A DNA stretch of 64,000 nucleotides from Roseibacillus sp. (GTDB lineage: Bacteria > Verrucomicrobiota > Verrucomicrobiia > Verrucomicrobiales > Akkermansiaceae), in assembly GCA_965242925.1 (NCBI GenBank), contig CBDEUM010000033.1, positions 18,947 through 82,946 on the forward strand. Reading direction: 5' to 3'. Below are positions 20,912 to 30,887 of the stretch, piece by piece. A model generated the notes under the pieces. It searched no databases, had not been told where the DNA came from, and worked only from the letters and a program-made list of their open reading frames with translations. Within the stretch, counting starts at the first letter, position 1; each line of letters opens with the position of its first letter. A program made the translations under genes and the position numbers.

Positions 20912-21615
20912 GGGCTCTCAACCGGCGGCGAACTGCGACTCGCGAGGCTTTTCAGGATGGATTTCCTCACGTCCTGGAAGTAGTAGTCCTTCACCCTTTC
21001 TCCCTGGGTCCGGGCAAACTGGAGGTCCCGTTTCTTCACACACTTCCATCCGTTGAAAACCAGGAGACCCCGGTCGTGGGAATAACGGTTCTTGGCCGGA
21101 GGCACTTCATTCTTCACCACCTTCATGTAACCCATCTCCTTCTCCAGGTATTCATGAACCGCCTTCTCCTCTCCGCGCAAAAACCACCAGTTCCTGCTCT
21201 CCGCTCCCATCACCTGGGCGTAGGCCTCAAGCTGTTGCACTTTGTCTGTCTCAGGATCAATCGAAATAGACACGATATGGAATTTTGAATCGGGAGCAAA
21301 CTCCTGGTAGAGGCTCTTGAGATCCTCCGAGGCCGTTTCCAGACAATACGGACAGGTCGCAAAAAAATTGGATGCAACCCAGACCTTGTCCTTCAATTCC
21401 GAAAGTTTCACCTCCTCTCCATCCTGGTTGGTAAGGGTGATGTCATTCTCCAGACTGCCAAAGTCCTCCACCACGGCCCCCCCGATCTTGTCGGCAATCG
21501 GAGAAACGAACCTGCTCTTCCGTGATCCCCGGATCCAGAACGAGGTGGCCAGCACCCCCACACTCAGAATACCAACCACGGTGTAAATGGTGATGATTTT
21601 TCCCCGGTCCGTCAT
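20908..21615 (-). CDS. SCO family protein
   Basis: LTNQDG, FFATCPYC, SISIDPETD, distal His. Confidence 0.85.
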   Translation of the reverse strand: MTDRGKIITIYTVVGILSVGVLATSFWIRGSRKSRFVSPIADKIGGAVVEDFGSLENDITLTNQDGEEVKLSELKDKVWVASNFFATCPYCLETASEDLKSLYQEFAPDSKFHIVSISIDPETDKVQQLEAYAQVMGAESRNWWFLRGEEKAVHEYLEKEMGYMKVVKNEVPPAKNRYSHDRGLLVFNGWKCVKKRDLQFARTQGERVKDYYFQDVRKSILKSLASRSSPPVESP

Positions 21616-21623
21616 AATGCCTG

Positions 21624-22403
21624 CTAACCTTCCTTCAAATCTCCGTCGCGGATATATTGCAGCACTTCATAGAACCGCTCAACCGCCTTCTCCAGATCAT
21701 TAGTTCGTTCCCGGGCCTTGAGCTTCTCCGCTTTCTCAGGATCATTCTCGAGCATCTGCCTTGCATCCTCCTCAACTTCCCGCGCGCGATTCAGATCAAA
21801 TGCCGGGTTCAGCACGTGGAGGTTCTCATCAATAAAGACCAGGGTGGAACGAAAGCGCTGCCTGGGACCGCCCGGGGATGGAATGGACTCCTGGAACTCC
21901 ACGCGGATCTTATGGCGAATGTAACCCCGCGCGGCCTCTTCTTCAGCCTGCACGAAGAACCAGCGCTCATCATTGGCGACGTCAAGCTTCTCGAGAACGG
22001 CCTTCAGTTGCTCCAGGTCGTCGTTCCCGGGATCAATCGTGATTCCAAGGAAGCGGAGCCTGTCGTCATCGGGAAATTTCTGCGCCATCTCCTTCATCAT
22101 CTCGAGCGCCTGCTCCATCCGGTCCTCCTCCCTGAGGGAAAGCGGCGTGAAAACGGTAAGCTTGCCCTGCAGTTGTTCGGTGGTGAAGGCCCTGTTGTTC
22201 TGGTCCCGCCCAAAAAAAACCTCGGTCAAACGCTGCACCACGTGCGGCCGGGTGTCCTGTTCATCTGCCCGGTACTTGATCCTGTATGCAACCGTTACGA
22301 GGATGCCGCCAATCAGCATGATAACCGTAATCGCCAACCCGGTCTTTCGTAATTGCACAGGGTCCCGCTCGGCGGGTTCCAGGTGACCGATGTTTCTTGC
22401 CAC
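21624..22403 (-). CDS. SCO-like protein lacking the Cys motif
   Basis: DQNNR.F....L.GK, GITIDPGND, W.F and LVFID. No cysteines. Confidence 0.65.
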   Translation of the reverse strand: MARNIGHLEPAERDPVQLRKTGLAITVIMLIGGILVTVAYRIKYRADEQDTRPHVVQRLTEVFFGRDQNNRAFTTEQLQGKLTVFTPLSLREEDRMEQALEMMKEMAQKFPDDDRLRFLGITIDPGNDDLEQLKAVLEKLDVANDERWFFVQAEEEAARGYIRHKIRVEFQESIPSPGGPRQRFRSTLVFIDENLHVLNPAFDLNRAREVEEDARQMLENDPEKAEKLKARERTNDLEKAVERFYEVLQYIRDGDLKEG

Positions 22404-22505
22404 TGCGGTGGGAACGTAGGACAGGAAAGGGAGATTGGAAGGGGAAACTCCCGGAACCTTTGTTGGGATCCCGGGCCAGCGTGATCGCCCGATTTCCCTG
22501 TAATC

Positions 22506-23429
22506 TCACTTCCAATCGATCGCAAGCACGGTAAGAACCACCGGCAGGTAGAGCAGGGTCAGCAGGAAGAATTTTCGGAAGGCCGGTCGTTCCCCGGACA
22601 GGGCAAATCTCACTGCCAACCAGGCCAGCAGGAGGCCGGCTGCCAGCCCCACCACTCCAAAAATCCAACCTGTGAATCCAACCAGGAATCCGGCCAGGGC
22701 CAACCCTCCCAGCACCACGGAAAAGACCCCGGCCAACAACCCGGAGCGCCTGCCGGACTCATCCCCGTCAGACCACATCCGGAAACCCGCCTCCTCATAC
22801 TGCTCCCGACAGAGCCAGTTGATCGAGACGAAGTGCGGGAGCTGCCACAGGAACAAAAGCGCAAAGAGAAACCACCCGCGGGGGTCCTCCATCCCTCCCC
22901 CGCCCCCGACCCAGCCGATCAGTGGAGGCAGGGCACCGGGCACCGCCCCAACCAGGGTGTTGATCGAACTGCGTCTCTTCAGGGGCGTGTAAATGAAGAC
23001 ATAGGTTGCAATGGTGATTGCCACCAGCAGGGCAGCCCCACGGCCGACCATCACTTCCAGATGGATAATTCCAAAGCCGCAGAGAACCCATCCGAGCAGG
23101 AAGGCCCCCGTCGGAAGAACACGCTCCGAGGGCAGGGGCCGATCCGCAGTCCGCCGCATCCGGGCATCCTCCTTGATCTCCATCAACTGGTTGAACACCG
23201 CCGATCCAAAGGCCGCGGAGGCCGTTCCCAGCAGGGTATGGAAGAGGAGCAGGAACCGGCTCACATCCCAGTCCCCTGCCCCGCTGAGGGTCGCGACCAG
23301 AAACCCGAAAAAGGTCGTCAACAACACAAACGTGTTGAGGCGCAGCTTGATCAGGGTGGCGAGATCCTCCCGCAGACTCGGGCTAGCCCCGGCAGCATTG
23401 GATTCCGAATCGCCCACTTCGTCTGTCAC
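22506..23429 (-). CDS. cyoE: Protoheme IX farnesyltransferase (heme o synthase)
   Basis: FNQ..E...D..M.RT..RPLP, YTPLKR, GA.PPLIGW, WQLPHF. The GTG start is an estimate. Confidence 0.93.
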   Translation of the reverse strand: MTDEVGDSESNAAGASPSLREDLATLIKLRLNTFVLLTTFFGFLVATLSGAGDWDVSRFLLLFHTLLGTASAAFGSAVFNQLMEIKEDARMRRTADRPLPSERVLPTGAFLLGWVLCGFGIIHLEVMVGRGAALLVAITIATYVFIYTPLKRRSSINTLVGAVPGALPPLIGWVGGGGGMEDPRGWFLFALLFLWQLPHFVSINWLCREQYEEAGFRMWSDGDESGRRSGLLAGVFSVVLGGLALAGFLVGFTGWIFGVVGLAAGLLLAWLAVRFALSGERPAFRKFFLLTLLYLPVVLTVLAIDWK

Positions 23430-23534
23430 GCTTCTTGAGTATGACCCCAACAGCTTGCCTCCGCAATCCCGGGGGGCGAAAGATCTCCCAGAAAATCCTG
23501 CCAATTCCCTCCCCCTCCAGCTTACATCCGCTCC

Positions 23535-24356
23535 ATGAAGTTCGCCATTTGCAACGAGACCTTTCAGGACCGCAGCTTTTTCGAGCAATGCCAGTCAGCG
23601 GAGGCCGCCGGCTACACCGGGATGGAGATCGCCCCCTTCACTCTGGCCGATGACATTTCCCTCATTTCTGAGCAGGACATAGCCGACTACCGGACAGCCG
23701 CATCTGATCACGGCCTTGAGATCGTGGGACTTCACTGGCTCCTGGCCAAGACTGAGGGCTACCACCTCACCAGTCCCGACGATTCCGTCCGGGTCGCCAC
23801 CATCGACTATGCCCGGCAACTCGCCGACCTCTGCGCAGCCCTCGGAGGTAAAATCATGGTCTGGGGCAGCCCGCAGCAACGCTCGCTTGAGGACGGGTGG
23901 GACTACGGGGAGTGCGTGGAGCGGGCGGTGGAGATCCTCCAACCGGCTGCCGAACACTGTGGAGACCTCGGGATCACCATCGCAATGGAACCCCTCGCCT
24001 CCACTGAGACAAACTTTCTCAATACCGCTGAGGAAACGGCAGCCCTCCTCGACATTGTCGATCACCCGAACCTCCAGCTCCACCTCGACGTCAAGGCCAT
24101 GAGCTCCGAGAAAAAGGGCCTGGGGGATCTTGTCCGGGATAATGCCTCCCGCATCGTTCATTACCACGCCAACGATCCCAACCTCCTCGGCCCGGGCATG
24201 GGTGAAGTCGACCACGCCCCCGCGGCCCTGGCCCTGCACGAGATTGCCTATCAGGGCTGGATCTCGGTGGAGGTGTTCAAATACGAGCCTTCTCCCGATG
24301 AAATCGCCCGGCAAAGCATGGAATACCTGCAAAGGGTGTATCTCCCGGGCAGCTGA
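23535..24356 (+). CDS. Sugar epimerase/isomerase, TIM barrel (D-tagatose/psicose 3-epimerase-like)
   Basis: EIAPF, GLHWLL, MEPL...ETNF, LDVKAM, HYHAND, SVEVF. Confidence 0.85.
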   Translation: MKFAICNETFQDRSFFEQCQSAEAAGYTGMEIAPFTLADDISLISEQDIADYRTAASDHGLEIVGLHWLLAKTEGYHLTSPDDSVRVATIDYARQLADLCAALGGKIMVWGSPQQRSLEDGWDYGECVERAVEILQPAAEHCGDLGITIAMEPLASTETNFLNTAEETAALLDIVDHPNLQLHLDVKAMSSEKKGLGDLVRDNASRIVHYHANDPNLLGPGMGEVDHAPAALALHEIAYQGWISVEVFKYEPSPDEIARQSMEYLQRVYLPGS

Positions 24357-24454
24357 CCCCCCGGAGGACCGCGAACGGCACTTCGTCCTGCCCGCGGGCT
24401 GAATTTCCTCTTTGCCGCCCCTGTCGCTTCCCGGTTAGGCTTCTCCGAAACACC

Positions 24455-26152
24455 ATGAGCAGCAACGACGATCAACTCAACCGCGAGATCGAAATCCTCG
24501 AGTCGGTAGCCGACAAGGGCCCCCTCAAAAAGGCCAGGGCCTACACCAAGCTCTCCGGACCAGGTTGGCTGCAGGGCGCCATCACCCTCGGGGGCGGCTC
24601 TCTCGCCGGCGCTCTCTACCTGGGAACGATTTCCGGCTACAAGCTCATGTGGCTTCAGCCTCTGGCGATGGTCTGTGGAATCATCATGCTGAGCGCAATC
24701 GCCTACGTGACCCTCTCCACGGGGCAGCGACCCTTTGGCGCCATCAACAAGGGACTCTCGCCCCTGCTGGGGTGGTCGTGGCTCATTGCTACGATCATGG
24801 CGAATATCGTGTGGTGCATGCCACAGTTCAACCTCGGTCGCGCAGCCATCCAGCAGAATCTCGTTCCTGCCGTCGGCGATGGGACTGGGTCCACTCTTAT
24901 CATCTGCCTTGTCCTTCTGGGTCTGGCCTTCGCAATCAACTGCGCCTACGAAAGCGGAAGCGGCGGATTGCGAAACTTTGAACGTCTCCTAAAGGCGATG
25001 GTGGGCGTCATCGTGATCTCCTTCTTCCTGGTAGTGGTCACCCTGACCATGAAGGGCGCCATCCCATGGGGGCAGATCTTCAGCGGTCTTATCCCCAACT
25101 TCTCCTACCTCTTCAACCCTGCCCCCAGTTATGCGGATCTGATCAATTCCTCCAGCGCTCGGGATTTCTGGACCTCCACTATCGCCAATGGGCAGCGTGA
25201 CATCATCATCACAGCCTTCGGCACTGCGGTAGGAATCAATATGACCTTCCTCCTTCCCTACTCCATGATCCGGAAGAGGTGGGGAGAAAAGCACCGCAGC
25301 CTGGCCATCTTCGACCTCTCGATTGGCCTCTTTGTTCCCTTCGTCATCGCCACTGCCTGTGTCGTCATCGCTTCGGCCTCCCAGTTTCACGCCAAGACCA
25401 ACGATATTCTCATGGACAACGGCCAACCCCGGGAAGAGGTCGCCAAATCCTACTACAAGGCCTTTGCCAAGCACCCGGACATCAAGAAACTGCCCAAGGA
25501 AAGATCGGACCAGCAAACACATGCCGCCATCGACAAGCTGCCTGAATCCGATCGCAAGATCGGCGCCATGCTGGTCAAGCGTGACAACTTCCAGCTCGCC
25601 ACCAGCCTTTCCCCCCTCACTGGAAACACCGTGGCCCAGTTTGTCTTCGGGATCGGAGTCCTGGGAATGGCCCTTTCCACCATCATCATCCTGATGCTCA
25701 TCAATGGTTTTGCCTTCCAGGAACTCCTTGGCAAACCGGGAGACAAAAGAGCCTACTTCATAGGGTGCGCGGTCTCCGGCATCGCGGGGGCCTCGGGCCC
25801 CTTTATCTGGGGCAACGCCGAGGCCAAGGCCGCCCTCGCGATCCCCACCTCCGTAATTGGCGGATCTCTTATTCCAATCGCCTACTTCACCTTCCTTCTC
25901 ATGATGAACTCCCGCAGCATCCTGGGTGACAAACTCCCCCGAGGCGGCGCGCGTATCGGGTGGAACGTTCTCATGATCGGCGCGACTGGAATCGCAACCT
26001 TCGGATCCGTCTGGGTGCTCCTGGGCAAATCGAAGGCAGAGGGTTTTGCGGGACAGGCTGCTACCGGCGGACTCATTTTCCTCCTCGTCCTCTTCATCAT
26101 CGGAATCATCAGCTTCATCCAGAAGGAACAGAAGGCCTCCCACAGCAACTAG
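24455..26152 (+). CDS. Nramp-related (APC fold) transporter
   Basis: About 11-12 TM segments. GPGWLQGAITLGGGS, GY.LMWLQP, AVGINMTFL.PY. Confidence 0.75.
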   Translation: MSSNDDQLNREIEILESVADKGPLKKARAYTKLSGPGWLQGAITLGGGSLAGALYLGTISGYKLMWLQPLAMVCGIIMLSAIAYVTLSTGQRPFGAINKGLSPLLGWSWLIATIMANIVWCMPQFNLGRAAIQQNLVPAVGDGTGSTLIICLVLLGLAFAINCAYESGSGGLRNFERLLKAMVGVIVISFFLVVVTLTMKGAIPWGQIFSGLIPNFSYLFNPAPSYADLINSSSARDFWTSTIANGQRDIIITAFGTAVGINMTFLLPYSMIRKRWGEKHRSLAIFDLSIGLFVPFVIATACVVIASASQFHAKTNDILMDNGQPREEVAKSYYKAFAKHPDIKKLPKERSDQQTHAAIDKLPESDRKIGAMLVKRDNFQLATSLSPLTGNTVAQFVFGIGVLGMALSTIIILMLINGFAFQELLGKPGDKRAYFIGCAVSGIAGASGPFIWGNAEAKAALAIPTSVIGGSLIPIAYFTFLLMMNSRSILGDKLPRGGARIGWNVLMIGATGIATFGSVWVLLGKSKAEGFAGQAATGGLIFLLVLFIIGIISFIQKEQKASHSN

Positions 26153-26183
26153 GCGTTCACTTCATTCATCGCGAATTCAACTC

Positions 26184-27230
26184 ATGAAATTCGGAATTAT
26201 CGGGGCCGGCATGATCGGCCAGTTCCATGGCAAGGCCATCGAGGCCATGGATGGCGGGAAACTCCACTCCGTCTTCGACCTCCGGGCCGAAGCCGCGGAG
26301 ACCCTCGCGGAACAATTCGGCGCGAAGGCTTTCAGCGACCTCGCACAGTTCCTTGCCGACGAAGAACTGCAGGTCGTCACGGTGGGCACACCCTCCGGCG
26401 CCCACCTTGATCCATCCATGGCCGCGCTGCAGGCCGGCAAGCACGTCATCTGCGAAAAACCCCTCGAAGTCACTCCCGAGCGTATCGACCTCATGACGGA
26501 GGCGGCTGCGGACAACCAGGTCACTCTCGCCGCGGTCCTCAACCGCCGCTTCCACCCCGCCATGGATGCCTTCAAGGCCGCTGCCGATGCGGGACGGTTC
26601 GGCACCCTCACCTCCGCCTCGGCCTACGTGAAGTGGCACCGTGACCAGTCCTATTACGATTCCGCGGCCTGGCGCGGCACCTGGAAACTCGACGGCGGGG
26701 GCGCCCTCATGAACCAGTCGATCCATACCATCGACGCCCTCCTCTACCTCGCCGGACCAGCGGTGAGCGTCCAGGCCAACACCGCCTGCCTGACCCACAC
26801 CGATATTGAGGTCGAGGACACCGCGGTCGCCATTGTGGAATTCGCCAATGGAGCCCGGGGCGTAATCGAGGGCTCCACCTCAAACTGGTCCCGGGACGGT
26901 CACCCTGCCCGGGTGCAGCTGTGCGGTAACCGCGGCAGTGTCTTTTTGGCTGATGAAGCCTTCGAGATCTGGGATTTCCAGGACGAGGAACCAGGCGATG
27001 CCGAAATACATCAAACGATGATGAAAGGCTCGGAGGCCGGCCTCGGGGCCAACGACCCCAAGGCCATCAACTTCGACGGCCACCGAAAAAACTTCGAGGA
27101 AGTGGTCACTGCCATTGCCGAGGGACGTGAATCCAGCGTCAACCCCCTCGAGGCCCGTAAGGCTGTCTCCCTCATCTGCGCCATCTACGAAAGCGCACAG
27201 GATGACGGGAGGAAAGTCACCCTCACCTGA
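26184..27230 (+). CDS. Gfo/Idh/MocA family oxidoreductase
   Basis: GIIGAGMIG, HVICEKP, WRGTW.LDGGGALMNQSIH. Confidence 0.93.
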   Translation: MKFGIIGAGMIGQFHGKAIEAMDGGKLHSVFDLRAEAAETLAEQFGAKAFSDLAQFLADEELQVVTVGTPSGAHLDPSMAALQAGKHVICEKPLEVTPERIDLMTEAAADNQVTLAAVLNRRFHPAMDAFKAAADAGRFGTLTSASAYVKWHRDQSYYDSAAWRGTWKLDGGGALMNQSIHTIDALLYLAGPAVSVQANTACLTHTDIEVEDTAVAIVEFANGARGVIEGSTSNWSRDGHPARVQLCGNRGSVFLADEAFEIWDFQDEEPGDAEIHQTMMKGSEAGLGANDPKAINFDGHRKNFEEVVTAIAEGRESSVNPLEARKAVSLICAIYESAQDDGRKVTLT

Positions 27231-27256
27231 CCGCACGCTTCGCCATTCCGGCCCTG

Positions 27257-27808
27257 CTACTTTGCCTCTTTTGCGAACTCCCTCACCTTCTTCTGGCTCT
27301 CCGCGTCGAGATTTCCGATGGGGTACTTGTAGATCTTGCCGTTGGCCAGCCTGAGGACGGCCTTCTCGCCTTCCACCCGGAGCAGGGCTGCCTTGATCTT
27401 CTTGCCGGCCTGGTTCGTCCACACGCCTTCCAAGGGTTCCTTGCCAGCTGGAACCGGTTCGTGATCGCCGAGTTCGGCGCCCTGGGTGATCCACAGTTTG
27501 AGAATATTCACCTCCCTCTCACTCAGGCGTGACCCCTTGGGGGGCATGCGGTTATCCGGATCGTCCGACTGGATCATCTTCATGAGAAGTCCCCCGTTGG
27601 GCTTGCCCGGCACAATCTGCAACCCGGATCCGATGTGCCGCTTGATCTTGTGCGGTTCAAGATTGAGATCTCCCTTCTCCTTCCCCTCCTTATGACATTT
27701 GAGACAGTTGCTTTTCAGGATCGGCAGAACGTCCTTCTCGAACTCCACCGCCGAGACGGGAAAAGCGCAGGCGAGAAGGATAAGAACCCCGGGCAGAGGT
27801 ATTTTCAC
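27257..27808 (-). CDS. Secreted planctomycete-type cytochrome c domain protein with SHD1-like tail
   Basis: Signal peptide, F.KDV.PIL...CLKCH, MPP, WI..GA, then WTNQAGKKIKA. Confidence 0.85.
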   Translation of the reverse strand: MKIPLPGVLILLACAFPVSAVEFEKDVLPILKSNCLKCHKEGKEKGDLNLEPHKIKRHIGSGLQIVPGKPNGGLLMKMIQSDDPDNRMPPKGSRLSEREVNILKLWITQGAELGDHEPVPAGKEPLEGVWTNQAGKKIKAALLRVEGEKAVLRLANGKIYKYPIGNLDAESQKKVREFAKEAK

Positions 27809-27954
27809 AGGGTCATTCTGGCCTCATTCTGACCAAAGCTCCAGCCTCGACTGATTCCAAGGGGGGGCAGTCCCCCGGGCCATACGAACAAACTGTATAG
27901 TAGACCGCATCTCACTCTTGCCAGCCTGCAACAATTGCTCTTTCCTTTCCCAAC

Positions 27955-28845
27955 ATGTATCTGACCGGTTTCGCCGACGAAGCAGCCCAGGACCTCGCCA
28001 CCCAGATCAAAGCCACCAAGGAGATCGGATGGAATGCCATCTCTGCCCGCTCAATCGATGGGACCAGCATCCACGACCTCTCCGAGAAGGATTTCAACAA
28101 GGCGCTTAAGCTACTCGAAAAGGAGGAGATCCGCATCCCCGAGATTGGTTCCCTTATTGGCAACTGGGGAAAGAAGATCACCGATGATTTCGATGTCACT
28201 CTTGGCGAAATCGAGCGCGCCATTCCCCGGATGAAGCACCTGGGAACGAAAATCATCCGCATCATGTCCTACGCCCAGGAACGCTGGGGAGAGGAGCAGC
28301 ACGAGGAAGAACGCTTCAAGCGCCTTCGCGTCATCCAGCAGCGCTTCGCCGATGAGGGTCTCATTGTGGCGCATGAAAACTGTGGCAACTGGGGAGGATT
28401 TTCCGCCTGGCACTCCCTGCGCCTGATCGAGGAAGTTCCCGGTCTCAAACTTATATTCGATACCGGTAACCCCATCTTCCAGCGCGACCGCTCCAAGTCC
28501 GAACCTCACCCGTTCCAGGACGCCCTCGGTTTCTACAACGATGTGAAGGATCACGTGATCCATATTCATATCAAGGACTGCCGTTACCCCAGCGTGGGAG
28601 AGGATCAACCCGATTACACCATGCCGGGGGAAGGCGACTGTCACCTCCAGCACATCCTGCGTGACCTCAAGGCCCGGCGCTACGATGGCGGCTTTGCCAT
28701 CGAACCCCACGTCGCTACCGTCTTCCACGTGGAGGATGGCAAGTCCCCCGATTGGGAGCAGTGCTACAAGAGCTACGTGGAATATGGGAACCGCGTGGAG
28801 GACCTCCTCGAAGAGATCGGCTGGAAATCCCAGCCCTTCGAGTAA
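27955..28845 (+). CDS. Sugar phosphate isomerase/epimerase, TIM barrel
   Basis: GFADEA, HENC, FDTGN, HIHIKD, IEPH. Confidence 0.88.
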   Translation: MYLTGFADEAAQDLATQIKATKEIGWNAISARSIDGTSIHDLSEKDFNKALKLLEKEEIRIPEIGSLIGNWGKKITDDFDVTLGEIERAIPRMKHLGTKIIRIMSYAQERWGEEQHEEERFKRLRVIQQRFADEGLIVAHENCGNWGGFSAWHSLRLIEEVPGLKLIFDTGNPIFQRDRSKSEPHPFQDALGFYNDVKDHVIHIHIKDCRYPSVGEDQPDYTMPGEGDCHLQHILRDLKARRYDGGFAIEPHVATVFHVEDGKSPDWEQCYKSYVEYGNRVEDLLEEIGWKSQPFE

Positions 28846-28984
28846 TTGCCGCCCGCCCGTTATTTCCGGGACAACCACTGCAGACGAAGAGATCCGGAGC
28901 AGGCTCCTCTCCGGATTGCCGTCCCGACTGCCCGCTTCTGAAATAATCGTTTCGACCATCCTGGTTCCCGCTTAACCTGCCCCT

Positions 28985-29995
28985 GTGCTTCCGTGGTTCC
29001 AGAATGGCGCCTTTCCCCTCTATCTCGCACCGATGGCGGGAGTGACCGATGTGGTCTTCCGCAGCATCTGCAAGAGCCTTGGAGCGGACGTGATGGTGAC
29101 CGAATTTGTCTCCAGCGAGGGCATTATCCGCCAGGACGAGCGCACCCGGAAATACACCGAGTTCACCGATGATCAACGCCCGGTAGGCGTCCAACTCTTC
29201 GGCGCCGACGGGAAACGCATGGGAGAGGCCGCCCGCAAGATCATAGACTGGAAGCAACCCGATTTCATCGATATCAACTTCGGCTGCCCCGTTAAAAAGG
29301 TGGTGTCCCGGAACGGCGGCTCCTCTCTCCTGAAAGACTGCTCCGTGCTTGCCTCGGTGGCCAGCGAAGTAGCCCGGGCGGTAGGAGAGCAGGTCCCCGT
29401 CACCGCCAAGATCCGCATCGGTTGGGACGACCAGTCCATCAACGCCCCGGAAGTCTGCGCCATCCTTGAGAACTGCGGAATGCAGGCCATCTCTGTCCAT
29501 GGGCGCACACGATCCCAGGGTTACGGCGGCGAGGCCAACTGGGAAGTCATCGACGAATGCTCCCGCAGTGTCACCATTCCCGTGATCGGCAATGGTGACC
29601 TCCACTCCGGCCAGGATATCAGGAAACGTCGTGAGTCCACCGGAGTCTCCGGTGTCATGATCGGTCGCTCCGCCATGCAGAACCCGTGGATCTTCCGGGA
29701 GGCCAGGCACTATCTTCAAACCGGCGAGCAATTGCCCCCCGCACCCATCGCAGAGCGCTGGCAACTCATCGTGAGTCACTGCCGCCTCGCCATCGCCAGC
29801 AACCGCTACGGCAACGAACGCCAGTCCATGCTGGCCATGCGCTCCCGCCTCATGACCTACTGCAAGGGCTTCCCGGGAGCCCGGCTTCTCCGCCGCCGCC
29901 TCTCGACCGTCGCCTCCCTCATGGAAATTGAGGAGATAGCGGCCGAACATATGGAACACCTCCACACGTGCTCCGGCGAACCAGCAGCAATCTGA
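28985..29995 (+). CDS. dusB: tRNA-dihydrouridine synthase B
   Basis: LAPMAGVTD, DINFGCP, VHGRT, GNGD, GVMIGR. Confidence 0.93.
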   Translation: MLPWFQNGAFPLYLAPMAGVTDVVFRSICKSLGADVMVTEFVSSEGIIRQDERTRKYTEFTDDQRPVGVQLFGADGKRMGEAARKIIDWKQPDFIDINFGCPVKKVVSRNGGSSLLKDCSVLASVASEVARAVGEQVPVTAKIRIGWDDQSINAPEVCAILENCGMQAISVHGRTRSQGYGGEANWEVIDECSRSVTIPVIGNGDLHSGQDIRKRRESTGVSGVMIGRSAMQNPWIFREARHYLQTGEQLPPAPIAERWQLIVSHCRLAIASNRYGNERQSMLAMRSRLMTYCKGFPGARLLRRRLSTVASLMEIEEIAAEHMEHLHTCSGEPAAI

Positions 29996-30260
29996 CGGCA
30001 CCCTGCCCTCGGCAGACCACCCCGCTTCCTTCCTCCACCCCTTACCAGCAATCCTCCTCCTGCAAGGCAATGACAACGAATCGCTGGGCCGCGATGTGGG
30101 AGAAAGGGCTCACTCGGGGAAGTTCCTGAATCGCTGGGCGCTCCAAATTGCCTTTCCTTTTGTAATGGTGCAGGAGGAGAGCACCGTTAAATTCTGCCCT
30201 GTAGCATCATGATTGAATCTCTTTCAGGCAATTTGGCGGCGCTTGCCCCACGCGGGGTAG

Positions 30261-30289
30261 TTCTCGTGCTCGCCACGATCGCCTAGTAT
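30261..30289 (+). promoter_or_regulatory. Sigma70-like promoter, probably leaderless
   Basis: TTCTCG-17nt-TAGTAT, then 6 nt to ATG 30296. Confidence 0.5.
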
Positions 30290-30295
30290 GCAGTT

Positions 30296-30796
30296 ATGGA
30301 ATCTCACGAAGTCCTCAAGCAATCCTTTGATAACGCAAGCCCGAAGGCGGTTGCGGCCGAACTGGGGGTGTCGCTGTCCCTCGTATACAAGTGGGCCCAG
30401 AAGCAGTCGGATACCGGTAGCGGGAGCCGCAATCCCCTCGACCGCCTCCTCGAAATCATCCGTCTGACCGGGGACACCCGCATCGTGGAGTGGCTTTGCC
30501 AGAAATGTGATGGCTACTTCGTGCACAATCCCGACAGCCCTTCCGGGGACGGGGTCGACGTCCTCCCCGCCACCAGCGAAATTGTTGATCAGTTCTCCAG
30601 GCTGCTCCGCCACATCTCTGAATCCGCTCTCGACCATTCCATCACCTCCGATGAAGCGCAATCCATCCGGGACAGCTGGGACAAGCTCAAGTGCTATGCG
30701 GAGGGCTTCGTCCGCTGCTGCGAGGAGGGTGACTTCGATTCCATTGAGAAAGCGGAGAAAGCCGAGAAACCCAGGATCCGAAAGACGCTCTACTAA
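30296..30796 (+). CDS. Phage regulatory CII-family (P2/186-type) HTH protein
   Basis: N-terminal HTH (KAVAAELGVSLSLVYKW), NPLDR, LC....GYFV, and a C-terminal ALD..IT..E motif. Confidence 0.7.
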   Translation: MESHEVLKQSFDNASPKAVAAELGVSLSLVYKWAQKQSDTGSGSRNPLDRLLEIIRLTGDTRIVEWLCQKCDGYFVHNPDSPSGDGVDVLPATSEIVDQFSRLLRHISESALDHSITSDEAQSIRDSWDKLKCYAEGFVRCCEEGDFDSIEKAEKAEKPRIRKTLY

Positions 30797-30887
30797 ACTG
30801 CCCTGCCCGGCAAACGGATCCCTGGTGCGGGGTTCGGGTGTTACTTTGCTTCCCCTGCTTCCCGACCTGTGGTAGGCCTCGGAAATC

